A DNA stretch of 64,000 nucleotides from NCBI RefSeq assembly GCF_964213995.1, contig NC_135817.1:64914001-64978000 (forward strand), in the 5' to 3' direction. Shown piece after piece: positions 1 to 12,923 of the stretch. The position numbers and the translations under genes are program-made. Position 1 is the stretch's first letter, and every line of letters starts with the position of its first letter. This DNA is from Mustelus asterias (Eukaryota). A model generated the notes under the pieces. It saw only the letters and a program-made list of their open reading frames with translations. It did no database searches and was not told the DNA's origin.

Positions 1-470
1 CAGTCCAGAATGATTTTATACCAATTCCGAATTGAAAGAGGCCGATCACTAATCCATGAGCAAAGGATATTCTTCCGTGCTGCCAGTGTGAGGATATTGT
101 ACATTTTCCCATTCGCATTATTGACCTTTTTTCTGTCTGCGAGATCCAGCATCGGATGCAAGGGATCAAATTCTAAGGCCGTATCAAAGATCTTCTCAAG
201 CTCTTTTAGAACATTAAACCAACAGGCCTTAATCTTGACACAGGACCAAAAAAACAATGCAGATGATCTCCCACATTCACCCGGCACTCCTGGCACAACA
301 AGGATATGGTGGGGTCAAACCTGTGCCACAAGCTTGGAGAAATATGCAGACTGTGCAATTTCTTGAGCTGAGTTTCTTTTGTTCTATTGCAAACTGAAAT
401 ATCATTGGCATATTCCCAAACATCACCCCATGTCTCCTCATTGATATTTACCACGAGTCCAATGTATTAT
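1..470 (-). mobile_element. L1/Tx1-like LINE, ORF2 C-terminal (Cys-rich) fragment, frameshifted
   Basis: Minus-strand translation WEYANDISVCNRTKETQL...LCQECRVNVGDHLHCF resembles the CCHC C-terminal domain of fish L1 ORF2; broken reading frame; runs off the window edge. Confidence 0.65.
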
Positions 471-562
471 CACCAGAGTGGATCACCTTTCTGTTGTGAA
501 TATTTGGCTTCCAGGGTGGTGGTTGTGTCGGGTTAGGGGAAAGAGGGGCAAAGGGAGACGGT

Positions 563-772
563 GGGCGAAATTCTCCAGCCTCCCAGCCTCATGCTTCCTG
601 CCGGAAGGAGGTGGCGCATTGTTTGCTAGTGGCGGGATTCTCCAGTCCCGCCGCTGTCAATGGGAATTCCCATTGACATCACCCTACGCCAGCTGGAAAC
701 CTGTGTCCGGGAGGCGCGCTGCCAGTGAGACCGGAAACTGCCTCCGGCGTGAATGGCCGGAGAATTCCAGTC
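563..772. mobile_element. Short MITE-like element with GGG-start terminal inverted repeats
   Basis: Begins gggcgaaattctcc and ends ggagaattccagtc; same end architecture as elements at 3859, 13954, 32262, 36364 and 49171. Confidence 0.55.
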
Positions 773-2177
773 AATATCTAGCTTGGTTTGTTATCACAGC
801 ATTTCACTTTGCTGCACTTGTCACATTCATCCTGAGAATCCCAGGACAAAATTGGACGTATTTATTCGCAAATCCGTAGAGGATCAAGGAACCATCTTAA
901 TCTGTGTTTCTAAAAGGAGGATGTACTCAAAAGGAAGCAGCAGTGGAAAGAACTTCAAAAGCTAAAATCATTTTCAAATGTGTTTTTAAAAACTAAATGT
1001 GATCAGTACAGGTTGATTTGGACGTAGCAAACAGTGTTAAACAGGTCTTTCCTGTTCAACTGCCTAATCGTGACAAAAATCTTTACCACGAAAAGCCCTT
1101 TACGATCAACACCTGTCAGCTTGGTTACCTAAAACACACACTGATTGTTGTCATCTTGATTTCTGAACTTTTAAAAATGGATGATTTCATCATGAGCAAC
1201 GGAAGCTTTTCTCTAATTTGCTAGTGTTTCATATCAAATAGTCATGTTTATGACCAACTTGAATAAACAAAAGCAGTGAAACTCGACCTTTAAAGCAAAA
1301 AGATTCTTTCTCTGGTGGAGGGGAAGAGTCAATGTGAACTAAAGCTTTTGTCAAAATAACTTTTGCTTTTGCTAGTATACATATTAGTCAGTTGCCATTT
1401 GTTTTGCACTTGGGTGCAAAAGGACTCAAAGCTACCAAAGGGTGGGACTTCTGTTGCCTCCTCCAACCTAAAGTTGTTGAGAGGTTTGCACTGTTGTCTG
1501 AGTGTGGGGCCAGGAGTAGCAACACTATGGGAAGGGGATTTTCAAGACTCTGAAGATTCACATAGGTGCTGACTTCTATGCTGTATGCTGTGGTGGGCTA
1601 AAAATCAAAATGGTGGCTATTTCTTTTAAGATGGTCTGATTGGTGAAAATTGCACCCTTTCAAAAGAAATGTTTTTTTTTGGTGGGGGCTTTCAGGCGGG
1701 ATGATAAAGTAGCTTATTTCTATGAATAAGAAAAGTATGACACTTGACCATTGCTATTCATAGATTTAATATATGATTTACTAAGTGCAAAACTTGTATT
1801 GATAGTTACACGGTAATGAATATGGATTATTACTAGTCGAAGTTTAATACTGATACTTCACAGTTTTATTTTCTCCACTATGATATTGTATTTTGTTTTA
1901 AAACGTAATTTAATTGCAAAGGTTTTTTTACAAAATGTTACATGGCTATGTTTAGTTCCAGTTGGGAAACTGGTAGAACAAAGAAAATTACAGCACAGGA
2001 ACAGATCCTTCGGCCCTCCAAGCCTGCACCGACCATGCTGCCCGACTGAACTAAAACCCCCTACTCTTCCAGGGACCATAACTCTCTATTCCCATCCTAT
2101 TCATGTATTTGTCAAGACGCCCCTTAAAAGTCACTATCAAAGAACAAAGAAAATTAAAGAAAATTAAAACCCTAATC

Positions 2178-2405
2178 GCCACACTCAAGCAGCTGTTCAG
2201 GTACACTGAAGGATAATTTAGCATGGCAAATTCACCTAACCGACACGGATTTCAGACTATAGGAGACAACAGGAGAACTCAGAGGAAAACCACGTCGGAA
2301 CGGGGAGAGCGTGCAAACTCCACACATACAGTGACCCAACCCGGGAGTCGAACGAGGGTCCCTGACGCTGGGAGGCAGCTGTGCTTACGACTGTGCCAAA
2401 GTGAT
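2178..2405 (-). mobile_element. HE1/V-SINE-type tRNA-derived SINE, degenerate
   Basis: Reverse complement of the head ggcacagtcgtaagcacagctgcctcccagcgtcagggacc and core ggagtttgcacgctctcccc. Confidence 0.75.
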
Positions 2406-2980
2406 GCCCATTGGATTTAACACATTGTTGCTTCACACATCTGGAAACTAGCAAACCAGACTTGAAGGAAAGGTTCTCTTCCAAATTCAGCTGCAGAATG
2501 GATGGTGAAGAAGTCATAAAATTCACACAAGAGGTGTTCTTCTAAGGTTAGCTTAACAGATACTGATGGGACAGAGTGGAAAAAGCTTTTGCTCTGCATT
2601 TATCCATACTCCATCTCGAAGGGAATGCTTTATTCTGACTATATTGTATTGTGCGTGGCCATTGTGGAATGGTGTTCCATTTCTCAGCACTCCCATTCCC
2701 TCATCAAAAGCAAGATGTTCTACATAACACATGAAATAGGAAAAGGAGAAGGCTGTTGGGCCCCTCAAGTTTGATCTGCCATTCGATGAGATCACAGCTG
2801 ATTTGATTGTGGCCTTAACTCCACCTTCCTGCTGATCCCCTGTATCAATGTGTAAATAATGAATGAGTGACGGTGGTGTCAGTGCTGAGCTGCAAACGGA
2901 GGCCCCCTTGATCAATCATAGTTTGTGTTTCCTGTTTGCTCTTGCGAGAAACATACCTTCTGGGTCCTCAAAGAACCCTA

Positions 2981-3511
2981 GGGGTGGCACGGTGGCACAG
3001 AGGTTAGCACTGCTGCCTCACAGCTCCAGGGATCTGGATTCAATTCCCGGCCCGGGTCACTGTCATAGAAACCCTACAGTGCAGAAAGAGGCCATTTGGC
3101 CCATCGAGTCTGCACCGACCACAATCCCACCCAGGCCCTACCCCCATATCCCTACATATTTTACCCACTGATCTCTCTAATCTACGCATCTCAGGACACT
3201 AAGGGACAATTTTAGCATGGTCAATCAACCTAACCCGCACATCTTTGGACTGTGTGGAGTTTGCATGTTCTCCCCGTGCCTGCGTGGGTTTCCTCCGGGT
3301 GCTCTGGTTTCCTCCCACAATCCAAAGATGTGCGTGCTAGATGTGCATTGGCCAATGCTAAATTGCCCCTTAGTGTCACGGGATGCATAGGTTAGAGGGA
3401 TTGGCGGGGTAAATATGTGGGGTTGTGGGATATGGCCTGGTTGGGATTGTTGTCGGTGCAGACTCAGTGGGCTGAATGGCCTCCTTCTGCACTGTAGGGA
3501 TTCAATTATTC
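2981..3511 (+). mobile_element. HE1-type SINE with CR1-like tail, interrupted by an antisense 3' half of the same family (3064-3249)
   Basis: Head ggtggcacggtggcacagaggttagcactgctgcctcacag, core tgtgtggagtttgcatgttctcccc, tail gggctgaatggcctccttctgcactgtagggattc; 3064-3249 is the reverse complement of the tail half. Confidence 0.85.
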
Positions 3512-3858
3512 CTTCAAATACAGATTTCCAAGTGGATAACAGGGAAAGAAAAATGGACATGGAACAAAGCTTGGAGTAGGCCATATAGCCACTCTAGGCT
3601 GCTCCACCATTCAGTAAGATTTTAGCTGGTCTTCTACATTAACTACTCTTTCCTGCCTGAGCTCCATGTTACATGATATCCATTCACGGAGCTTTTAGGT
3701 TCAAAGTTTTTCTTTCAAAAACTAATGGGTCTAATGAGCAGAGGGGAGGGGCGAAGGATAAGGAAATAGCTAAGGCGTTAATACTTATAGAGAAGCACTT
3801 GAGAATTTTAATGCCTTTGTGCCTTCCACAGCAGAGAGGCAGGTGAAACTGAATTCAT

Positions 3859-3981
3859 GTGGGGGAATTTTCCCATCCTGCTCTCCACAGGAATTTGTAG
3901 GGAGTGGCGGGGGCGGAGGCGGACCATGCAAAGGTCAGGACTTTCCTGTTTTGGGGCAAGTGTGGCTGGGAAATCCTGCCC
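3859..3981. mobile_element. Short MITE-like element
   Basis: Imperfect terminal inverted repeats gggggaattttccca ... tgggaaatcctgccc. Confidence 0.5.
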
Positions 3982-4100
3982 ATTGTTTTTAAGCAGCAAT
4001 GTTACGATAACGTTTGAATTGTTATATGCTGTTCGGATTATTAAACGTCCCTATATCAGATATTCTTCATCTTTTGCTGATTGATCTTTGCTTAACCTAG

Positions 4101-4268
4101 AAAAAGATGCAGCAGTTGAGATGGCCAAAGATTTGACAGCCAGGAAATTTTTAAGTCCTTTGAGTGGAAAAGGATTTGAAAACAGCGATGCTCTATACAG
4201 ATTGGTAGAGCACGAATCCACTGCATCGTTAAACACTGGAGCCACAGCAGAATATAATACACTTTCTG
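4101..4268 (+). CDS. DEP + DUF547 protein, internal exon (C-terminal half of DEP domain and linker); upstream exons not found in window
   Basis: Acceptor ctttgcttaacctag|, donor G|gtacgt, phase 1/1; peptide KDAAVEMAKDLTARKFLSPLSGKGFENSDALYRLVEHESTASLNTG fits the DEP pattern A..LG..L....F....F.D...LYR; joins in frame to the 7477 exon. Confidence 0.8.
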
Positions 4269-4710
4269 GTACGTAATGGCTTGTTCCTCTTCTACTAATG
4301 TCTCATGCAAGTTTCAACATCAGGAGTTAATAGCCAAGGTGGATAATGTTTAAAATACGTTTGTTCCTGTTTGCAGCAAATTTGAGCATCCCCTTCCATA
4401 TAGAAACGAAGAAGCCCTACTCTCAGATGTTGCAGACATGTTTCTAACTTTCTTGCTTCAAGCATTCCCACCAGGCCGAACCAATTTTCTAAATTTGGGG
4501 ATGAAACCAAATTGAGGGTGGGAGATTTTCAGTACCGAGGAAGACAACAAATAAATACAGGAGGATGTTAATAAAGTTGCAGAATAGGCAAATGAAGTTC
4601 AACACAATCAAATGTGAGGTGATGAGTTCTGGCAGGAAGAATAGGGTTATTGCTTATTATTTGGAAAGTGCAAATCTAGGTGGGGTAGAGGAACACAGGG
4701 ATCTCAGAGA

Positions 4711-6780
4711 AGGAACACAGGGTCAGGTGTAGGCCATTCAGCCTCTTGAGCCAGTTCCACCATTCAGCTGAATCGTGGCTGATCCTTTACCTCAATGGCA
4801 TTTTTCTGCGATATTCCTAAATCTGTTGATGTCATTTGTGTCTAGAAATCTTGCGATCTCTGTCTCAAACATACCCACTGAGCTTCCACAGTCCACTGGG
4901 GTAGAGAAACACAAAGATTCACAACCCTCTGAGTGAAGAAATTCCTCATCAACTTAGCCCTAAAAAGCTTGTCCTTATTCTGAGACTGTATCCCTTCATT
5001 CCAGACAGCCGGAGAAACATCCTTTCTGCATTTACCCTGTCTAGCCCCTTAAGAATTTTCTAAGTTTCAATTAGGTCATTCTTCCAAATTCTAGAGAACA
5101 CAGGCTCAGTCTTCTCAATCTGTCCTCATAGGAAGGGCAGTCCCGCCATCCCAGGAATTAGTCTGATGAACGTCCAACGCGCACTCCCACTATGGTAAGT
5201 ATATCCTTCCTTAGGTAAGGAAACAAAAACTGTACAAAATACTCCAGGTGTGGTCTCACCAATGTTCTGTACAGCTGAATTAAGATACAAGATATTGCTA
5301 CTCCTCAACTCACATCCTCTTGCGATAAAAGCCAAGGTACAATTTGCCCTCCTAATTGCTTACTGCATCTGCATGTTGGCTTGCAGTAACTTATGAACTA
5401 GGAAATCAAAGTCCCTTTGGACATCAACAAGCCCCAATCTCTCACCATTCAAGAAGTACTCTGCATCCCCTTTCCACCTACCAAAGTAGATAGCTCACAC
5501 TTATATTCATCTGTCATGGTCCTGCCCACACTATAAGCCTGTCAAAATCCTCCTAAAACCTCTTTGCATCATCCCTACAAAACACATTCCCACCTAGTTT
5601 TATGTCACCAGCAGTCTTGGAAACATTTCATTTGATCCCTACATCCAAAGCATAGATATAGATTGGGAACAGCTGGGGCTGAAGTACTGATCCCTATGAT
5701 ACACCATTATTACAGCCTCTGAACCCAAGAATGACCCATTTACTCCTACTCCCTGTTCTCTGTCTGTTAACCATGCCAATATATTATCCCTGATCTCATG
5801 TGCTCTAATTTTGTTGACTAACCTCCTGTGTGGGATTATATTGAAAGTCTTTGGAAAATCCAAATACACCATATCCAATGGTTCTCCTTTATCTACCCTG
5901 CTGGTAACATCCTCAAAAAAACTCCCAACAGGTTTGTCAAACAGGATTACTCATTCATAAATCTATACTGCCTCTGCCCAATCCTACCATTATTTTCTAA
6001 GTACTCAGATATCACATTCTTTATAACGGAGTGGAACATTTCCCCTACTACTGACATCAGGCTAAAAGGTCAGTAGTTCTCCATTCTCTCTCACTCCTTT
6101 CTTAATTAGTGGGGTTACATTTGCAACTTTCCAATCAGCAGGTGCTATTCCAGAATCTGTAGAATTTTGAAAGGTGATTACCAGTGCACCCACTATTTCT
6201 ACGGCCACCTCTTTCAACACTCTGGGACGTACATCATCGGTTTCTGGGAATCAACTTTCAGTCCCATTAATTTCCCCAGTATGACATTTTTACTGATACT
6301 AATTTCTTTCCACTCCTCATCCTTGCTTGTCCCTTGGCTCTTTATTATATCTGAGAGGTTTCTTGTATGGTTCTCTGTGAAGACAGATCTAAATTAATTA
6401 TTTAGACTCTTTCTGTCTTTCCTTATTCCCCATTATAAATTCTGCCTGTAATGGAGATTTATCTTTGCTAAATTTTCCCTTTTTACATGCCTATAGAATA
6501 TTTTACAGTTCGTTTTTATATATTTCCTAGTTTATATTCTTATCCTAGTCTCCCTTTTTTTCTCACTTTCTTGGTTCTCTTTTGCTGAATTCTAAAATGG
6601 TCCCAATCCTCTGAATTACTACTATTTTTGGCAACTTTAGAAGTCTCATTCTTTGACCCTTGACATTCTTTAACTTCCTTTGTTAGCCACGGTTGACTCA
6701 TTTTTCCTGTTGAGCTTTTGCACCTTAGTGCAGCGTATATTTGTTGTAAACCATGCATTAATTCTTTACAGATAAATTCT
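4711..6780 (-). mobile_element. CR1 LINE, degenerate ORF2 (RT) and 3' end, inserted into a plus-strand CR1 fragment (about 4550-4710 and 6785-6890)
   Basis: ORF track MDMVYLDFPKTFNIIPHRRLVNKI and QPWLTKEVKE; CR1 3' tail motif near 4711-4760; many stops and frameshifts. Confidence 0.85.
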
Positions 6781-7144
6781 ATAAATACACCAATCTTTAA
6801 AAGTTGTACCACAGCCTGACTAGGCCATTAAAAAAAGCAAACCAAGCACTAGACTTTATTTCTAGAGGGATAGAATTGAAAAGTTACATTACATCGGGAA
6901 GTTACATTAGACAGATATCAAGTCTTAATCAGATCAGATTTAAGAATACTGCACGGGGTGGAGGCGGAGGAAGAGAGCAAAACACCAAAGCGTCAAGGGG
7001 TGAAGAATAAGTTACCAAAAATTTATGATTGTTATGTAAATCTAAAGAATGTAGCAAGGTGCAGACCATTTTTAATGACCCTGGAGCAGTCTGATTGATT
7101 TCAGCCTGTGGGTCCATTGAGAGATTTGAGCATAAAGTCCATCT

Positions 7145-7408
7145 ACGGCACAGTGGTTAGCACTAATGCCTCACAGTGCCAGGGACCCGGGTTCGATCCC
7201 GGCTTGGGTCACTATCTGTGCGGAGTCTGCACATTCTCCCTGTGTCTGCGTGGGTTTCCTCCCACAGTCTGAAAGACGTGCTGGTTAGGTTCACTGGCCA
7301 TGCTAAATTCTTCTTCAGTGTACTCAAACAGGCGATTAGGGGATTTTCGCAGTAACTTAATTGCAACGTTAATGTAAACCTACTTGTGACACTAATAAAT
7401 AAACTTTA
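7145..7408 (+). mobile_element. HE1-type SINE, tail variant B
   Basis: Same head and core as 2981 but tail ...gtaaacctacttgtgacactaataaataaacttt. Confidence 0.85.
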
Positions 7409-7476
7409 AATAAAGATTGACAATTGCAAACATTCATTTGTAATATTACATTGTTCAATAATCTGTTATATTTCAG

Positions 7477-7550
7477 CTTCTAAACATTCTGAAGCTATGA
7501 GAGACTTAACACTGCAGCTCTTCTCCGAACACATTACACCCGATGGCAAG
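7477..7550 (+). CDS. DEP + DUF547 protein, exon
   Basis: Acceptor ttatatttcag|, donor AAG|gttagt; encodes (A)SKHSEAMRDLTLQLFSEHITPDGK, in frame with both neighbours. Confidence 0.85.
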
Positions 7551-7560
7551 GTTAGTCAGA

Positions 7561-8332
7561 TTTTCTTTTAATTCATTCATGGGACATGGGCGTCACTGGC
7601 TGGCCAGTATTTATTGCCCATCCTTAGTTGCCCTTGACATAATGGTCGTGAGCTGCCTTCCTGAGCAATTAATACAATTGAGTAGCTTGCTAGGCCATTT
7701 CAGAGGGCATTTTAGAGTCAACCACATTGCTGTGGCCCTGGAGTCACATGTAGGATCACAGAACAGAATCATAGAATCCCTACAGTGCAGAAGGAGGCCA
7801 TTGGCCCATTGAGACTGCACCAACCACAATCCCACCCAGGCCCTATTCCCGCAACCCCACATATTTACCCTGCTAATCCCCCTGACACTAGGGTCGATTT
7901 AGCATGGCCAATCAACCTAACCCACGCATGCTTGGACTGTGGGAGGAAACCAGAGCACCCAGAGGAAACCCATGCAGACACGGGGAGAACGTGCAAACTC
8001 CACACAGACAGTGACCCGAGGCCGGAATTGAACCCGAGTCCCTGGCACTATGAGGCAGCAGCACTAACCACTGTGCCACCATGCCACCCCAAATATAGGC
8101 CAGACCAAGTAAGGACAGATTTCCTTCCCCAAAGGACAGTAGTGAACCAGATGCGTTTTTCTGACAATTGCCAATGGCTTCATGGTCATCAGTAGATTCT
8201 TAATTTCAGTTTTTTTTAATTGATTTTAAATTCCACCAACGGCCCTGGTAGGATTCGAACCAAGGTTCCCAGAACATTAGCTGAGTTTCTGGATTAATAG
8301 TCTAGCGATAATACCACTAGGCCATGCCTCCC
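7561..8332 (-). mobile_element. Second tRNA-derived SINE family, interrupted by an HE1-type SINE (7755-8090, minus strand, CR1-like tail)
   Basis: Minus-strand head with A-box TGGCCTAGTGG and B-box GGTTCGAATCC; its tail matches the LINE 3' end at about 18870-19133; related heads near 10580, 12820 and 25670. Confidence 0.75.
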
Positions 8333-8595
8333 TAATCTTTTGTATATTTACTATTCACCTTTTTCAATCGACTCTTAAATGTTCAATCTCCATTCTAGTT
8401 ATGCTCACATCAATTTTAAAAAGTGAAATGCCTATTTGGGTTTCACTACTTCAGTATTTCTCATTGTTATCTCAAGAAAAGCTTTAATTTGATCTGAGAG
8501 GCGACTACTAAACAAAGGTTTCTTTGCCAAGATGTGATCTCATGTCGCTGAAGTATAGTTGGATTAATCTATAATAATTTCACTTTTATTTGCAG

Positions 8596-8793
8596 CTCGT
8601 AGATTACAAATCCATGATGAAGAATCCAATTTTTGATAAGTATTGTGAACTTGCAACACAACTACAGCGTTTGAACATTGAAGGTCTGAGTAGAGAAGAG
8701 AAGCTAGCATTCTTCATCAACGTGTATAACGCATTAGTGATTCATGGAACTATTAAACAAGGACCGCCAAAAAACATGTGGCAGAGATATAAA
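8596..8793 (+). CDS. DEP + DUF547 protein, exon (start of DUF547)
   Basis: Acceptor cttttatttgcag|, donor AAA|gtaaga; LVDYKSM...LQRLNIEGLSREEKLAFFINVYNALVIHG carries the DUF547 EKLAF.IN.YNAL motif. Confidence 0.93.
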
Positions 8794-9440
8794 GTAAGAT
8801 GTCCAATGTGCAATTCTTGCCCTTATTATTTCACGAGAGTTAACAACTTGCATTTATGTGCTTGGGTGTTTCATAAAGTAGCATTCATGTCTGAGCAGGG
8901 TTAGGAAGTTGAGCAAAAGTGTCTCATGTCCACATCTGAAGAGGTTAGTTTTTACATAGTATTGTCATAGAATAACACAGCACAGGGGGAGACTGGTCAC
9001 CCAAGTCGATAGTACTCTTTGGAAGAGCAAATCAGTTTGTGCCACTCCCCACTTATTATCTATACCCTTGCATTGTTTTTTTCCTTTTGAGGATTTACCC
9101 AATTTCTTTTTGATAACTACTACTGAATGTGCCATCAGGCAATGCATTTCACTCTTTGTACAGAAAAGGTTTTTTTTCCTTTGTTGCCTCTGATTCTTTT
9201 AACCACCTACAATCTAGTTCCCCCCCCCCCTAACCTTTAGCCATTGGAAACAGTTTCACCCTGCTTACTCCATCTACACCCTGTGTGGTTTTAGACACCT
9301 CTATCAAAGCTGTTCTTGCCTTTCTCCAGTCCACGTAGCTGGAATCCATCCACAAGAGTTTGAGTGGGGGGGCATGAGTTTTTGCAATGATAGGAGATAG
9401 CAGTTTGGTAAAGAAAACTAATATTTTGGAATCTTTTCCA

Positions 9441-9567
9441 ATTCACCTGATGAAGGAGCAGCGCTCCAAAAGCTTGTGATTCCAAATAAACCTGTTGGAC
9501 TTTAACCTGGTGTTGTGAGACTTCTTACTGTGCCCATCCCAGTCCAACACCGGCACCTCCACATCAT
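9441..9567 (+). mobile_element. Penelope-type pLTR fragment with a hammerhead ribozyme carrying a core mutation (GAAA to AAAA)
   Basis: TCAC CTGATGA A GGAGC AGC GCTCC AAAA GCTT GTGA, then ttccaaataaacctgttggactttaacctggtg...ccacatca. Confidence 0.75.
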
Positions 9568-10060
9568 GCTTCTTGTTAGACACCGATTTCCTATCCCTAT
9601 TATTATGTTACCCTCTACACCGTGAGCTTTTAATTTCCACAGTAACCTTTGCTGTGGCACTTTACTAGACACCTTTTAAAACATTTTAAAGAATAGAATA
9701 TCTATGTATCAATATAAACATCTCAGAATTAGAGTGAGATTACAGTCAACAGACACAAGAGATTTTAATCCAGCCTTTGGACCTGGATTCCAATCATGGC
9801 CATGACATTGAAAGACTGGTATCTACATTTCTTGAATGTTCACATGTGTGATTTGTTTGGGGAAAAGGACACATTTTCCAACAGTGTAAATCTAACATTT
9901 CTCATGCCTTTCATGTATGGTTTTTGAATGAAATTGATGCACTGATCTAGCAGAATGTGGTAAATATTGGAATTGTCATTTATTTTTAAGTACAGTTCTA
10001 AGTGATTTATTTGTGATGAGGAAACCAGCTTCTGAACTCCATTTCTGCACCTTTTTTCAG

Positions 10061-10198
10061 TTCTTTAATGTTGTAAGTTACATGATTGGTGGAGAAGTCT
10101 TTTCGCTGCAAGACATTGAAAATGGTGTTCTTCGTGGGAACCGCAAAGGCATCGCTCAGATGTCGAAACCATTCTCAAAGGGTGATCCACGTCTTAAG
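10061..10198 (+). CDS. DEP + DUF547 protein, exon
   Basis: Acceptor caccttttttcag|, donor AAG|gtcaat; FFNVVSYMIGGEVFSLQDIENGVLRGNRK...PFSKGDPRLK contains the DUF547 Y.IGG..FSL.DIE.G.LR motif. Confidence 0.93.
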
Positions 10199-10789
10199 GT
10201 CAATTGTTGATTGTCTCTGTGTACTGCTGGGTGGATATAAATGAGAGGGTTCTGTGGGAAATTTCTTCTGTAGATAATTACCTATAGATCTGTAATCCTT
10301 CTTGTTCTTCCTTCAGTGTGTTAACCTCAAACTGAAACAGATTGTCAAGATTTCTTAACATGTGCCTTTACCCTGTCTGAGATGCAACTGTTTCAGTTTC
10401 ATCAAATCCCAGTAGCAAAGCGGTGTTTCAAACTATAAAATCAAAATAACCTAGCAACCTTCGAAAGCTTAGCTATACCTGTCCATCACAGCTAAATGAT
10501 TTAAATGTTTAAAATGAGAATTTGGTTGGTGTTGAGGTTAATCTCGTTTGGAAACATCAGGCTGATCCTAATGGTGGGATTCAAAACCAGGTCCTCATCA
10601 CCCTGGGTCTCTGGATTACTAGCTGAGTGACAATATCACTGCACCACTGCATCCCCATGACAAATGCATGTTTTAAATGTTACACTAAAGAAGCTGACAA
10701 TAATTTTTTCAAATGATCTAAAAAAGAAATTGATCTTAATCTTTGAGCCATTGTCTACTATATTTACATGTAACCCAACTGCGCCTAGG

Positions 10790-11513
10790 TAGAGGGATCT
10801 GGATGGCTGTGTTCATGAATCACCAAAAGTCAGTATGCAGGTGCAGCATGTAATAAAAAAGGCAAATGGGATGTTGGCATTTATTGCAAAGGTACTGGAG
10901 TATAAAAGTGGAGAGGTGTTGTTGCTAATTGTATAGGGCGTTGGTGAGACTACATCTGGAGTATTGTGTCCAAATTTGGTCTCCTTACTTGAGGAAGGAT
11001 GTGGTGGCATTGGAGGCACTTCAGAGGCCGTTCACCAGATTGATTCTGGGGATGAAAGGGTTGGCGTATGAGGACAGATTAAACAAAATGTGCTTGAACT
11101 CACTGGAATTTAGAAGGATGAGGGGGGATCTGGTCAAGGTATATAAAATACTAAAGGGATTGATAAAGTAAATGTAGACCAAATGTTTCCTCTTAGGGGC
11201 AATCTAAAACAAGAGGTCACAGGTATAGGTTGAGAGCGGTAGATTTAAAACTGAGATGAGGAGGAACAACTACTCGCAGAGGATGGTGAATTTGTGGAAC
11301 TCGCTGTCCTATAGCGCGATGGAGTCTGAATCATTAAATAGTTTCAGGAAGGAGATAGATAGATTTCTGATGTTTTAAAAAGGGATAAGGGCATATGGAA
11401 ACAGGTAGAGAGGTGGATTTGAGACCAAGGAGCGATCAGCCATGATCTGATTGAATGGCAGGGCAGGCTCGAAGGGCTGAATTTGCCCACTTCTGCTCCT
11501 AGTTCCTATGTTC
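10790..11513 (+). mobile_element. CR1 LINE 3' fragment
   Basis: ORF YRALVRLHLEYCVQIWSPY...RRMRGDL; ends in the CR1 tail cctagttcctatgttcc. Confidence 0.85.
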
Positions 11514-11549
11514 CAACTGCTCCCCCACATTCTAGTGCAAAATCAAGTA

Positions 11550-12110
11550 AATCAGGGTATTCTGTAAACTGTGGTCCTCCCATTGACTCCAGAGGATATG
11601 GCAGAGGCATCCCTGCATGCAATTTGTCTAGTGCTCTTAAATGTCAATGACACTGAATCCAGGTTGCACTGCAGTACAGAAACATGGATGGCAAAAACAA
11701 CTGCACTGTACTTTTGTTGACTTGAAGAGGTCTCTGTTGTCAAACACTCAGTGTAGTTTGTAGAATTGGCCTAGCTGATCTGGCACTGGACCTCCTTGTC
11801 AATAGTGGCCTTTTGAGAAAGATGATTGTCAAGGTATACCGAGTGCTCAACATAGTCCAGGATCTCTCCTTCAACATATGTGGGAGGTGGAATATTTGGC
11901 TGACTCAGTGTGGGTCAATACAGGTTTTATTTTGGCAACATTCAAGGACATAGGCCAAGTTTCTTGAATGCAGAATTAGAGGAATCAAGAGCGGCTTGCA
12001 AATCCGATGCTCAGCAAGCATTGCAGTCATCGACAAACTGTAAACCATGTATATCTTTAGTGGCCAGTACTGTTTTGGCATGGAGGTGATTGAGGTTAAC
12101 GAGTATTCCA
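11550..12110 (-). mobile_element. RTE-clade LINE fragment, highly degenerate
   Basis: Minus-strand remnants VEHSVYLDNHLSQKATIDKEV...CLCHILWSQWED resemble the RTE post-RT region. Confidence 0.5.
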
Positions 12111-12113
12111 CCT

Positions 12114-12322
12114 ATGATGTGGAGATGCCGGCGTTGAACTGGGGTGGGCACAGTAAGAAGTCTCTCAGCACCAGTTTAAAATCCAACAGGTTATTTGGAA
12201 TCACGAGCTTTCGGAGTGCTGCTCCTTCCTGGCCACTCACCTGAGGAAGGAGCAGTGCTCCGAAAGCTCGTGATTCCAAATAACCTGTTGGACTTTAACC
12301 TGGTGTTGGTGAGACTTCTTAC
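12114..12322. mobile_element. Penelope-type inverted pLTR pair with a hammerhead ribozyme on + (12237-12273)
   Basis: Arms 12153-12230 and 12244-12322 are imperfect reverse complements; TCAC CTGAGGA A GGAGC AGT GCTCC GAAA GCTC GTGA. Confidence 0.8.
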
Positions 12323-12923
12323 AATATTCCATGTAGCCAGTATTAATACTGACACCAGAGAGCAATTGATCTTTGAGATGAATAGCCAGGTCAATTGTAA
12401 ATAGACTGGAAATTATCACAGCCTTGCTTGGTCCTAGTCTGAATTTTGAAAGCATGTGTTTTAGATTTCCCATTTAAGACCATTACAGTTATATTATCAT
12501 GAAGCATTTTCAGGATTGCGAAGTTACTTGGACATCTTAATCATTGGAACACAAACCAATGAAGCCTCATGATTTAGTTAACCAAATGCTTTTGTCAGGT
12601 CAATGGATGCAGTGAAGAGTGTTTAATTCTGTTCAAGATTTTTCTTGGATTTGTCTGGCAACTAAGAGCATGCTGGAAATCCTCTGGAAGGCCTAAAGCC
12701 ATCATGTTTCTGGGAGGATTTCATCAGTCACAGGAAGTAAGTGGAAAAAAGTCCATTAGAAAATGGCTTCTGGAATACCATCGGGGCTGGTGGTATTGGT
12801 TTTTTTTCTGCTCAATTGACAGGTAGTGGCCTATTGGTATTGTCAGTAGACGAGTAATCCAGAAATTCCCTCTGGGGACCCAGGTTCAAATTCCACCATG
12901 GTGGATGGTGAAGTTTGAATTTA

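Noticed and set aside
2981-3060. tRNA gene calls at SINE heads with A and B boxes
   Set aside because: Each continues directly into a SINE core and tail and has no complete cloverleaf.
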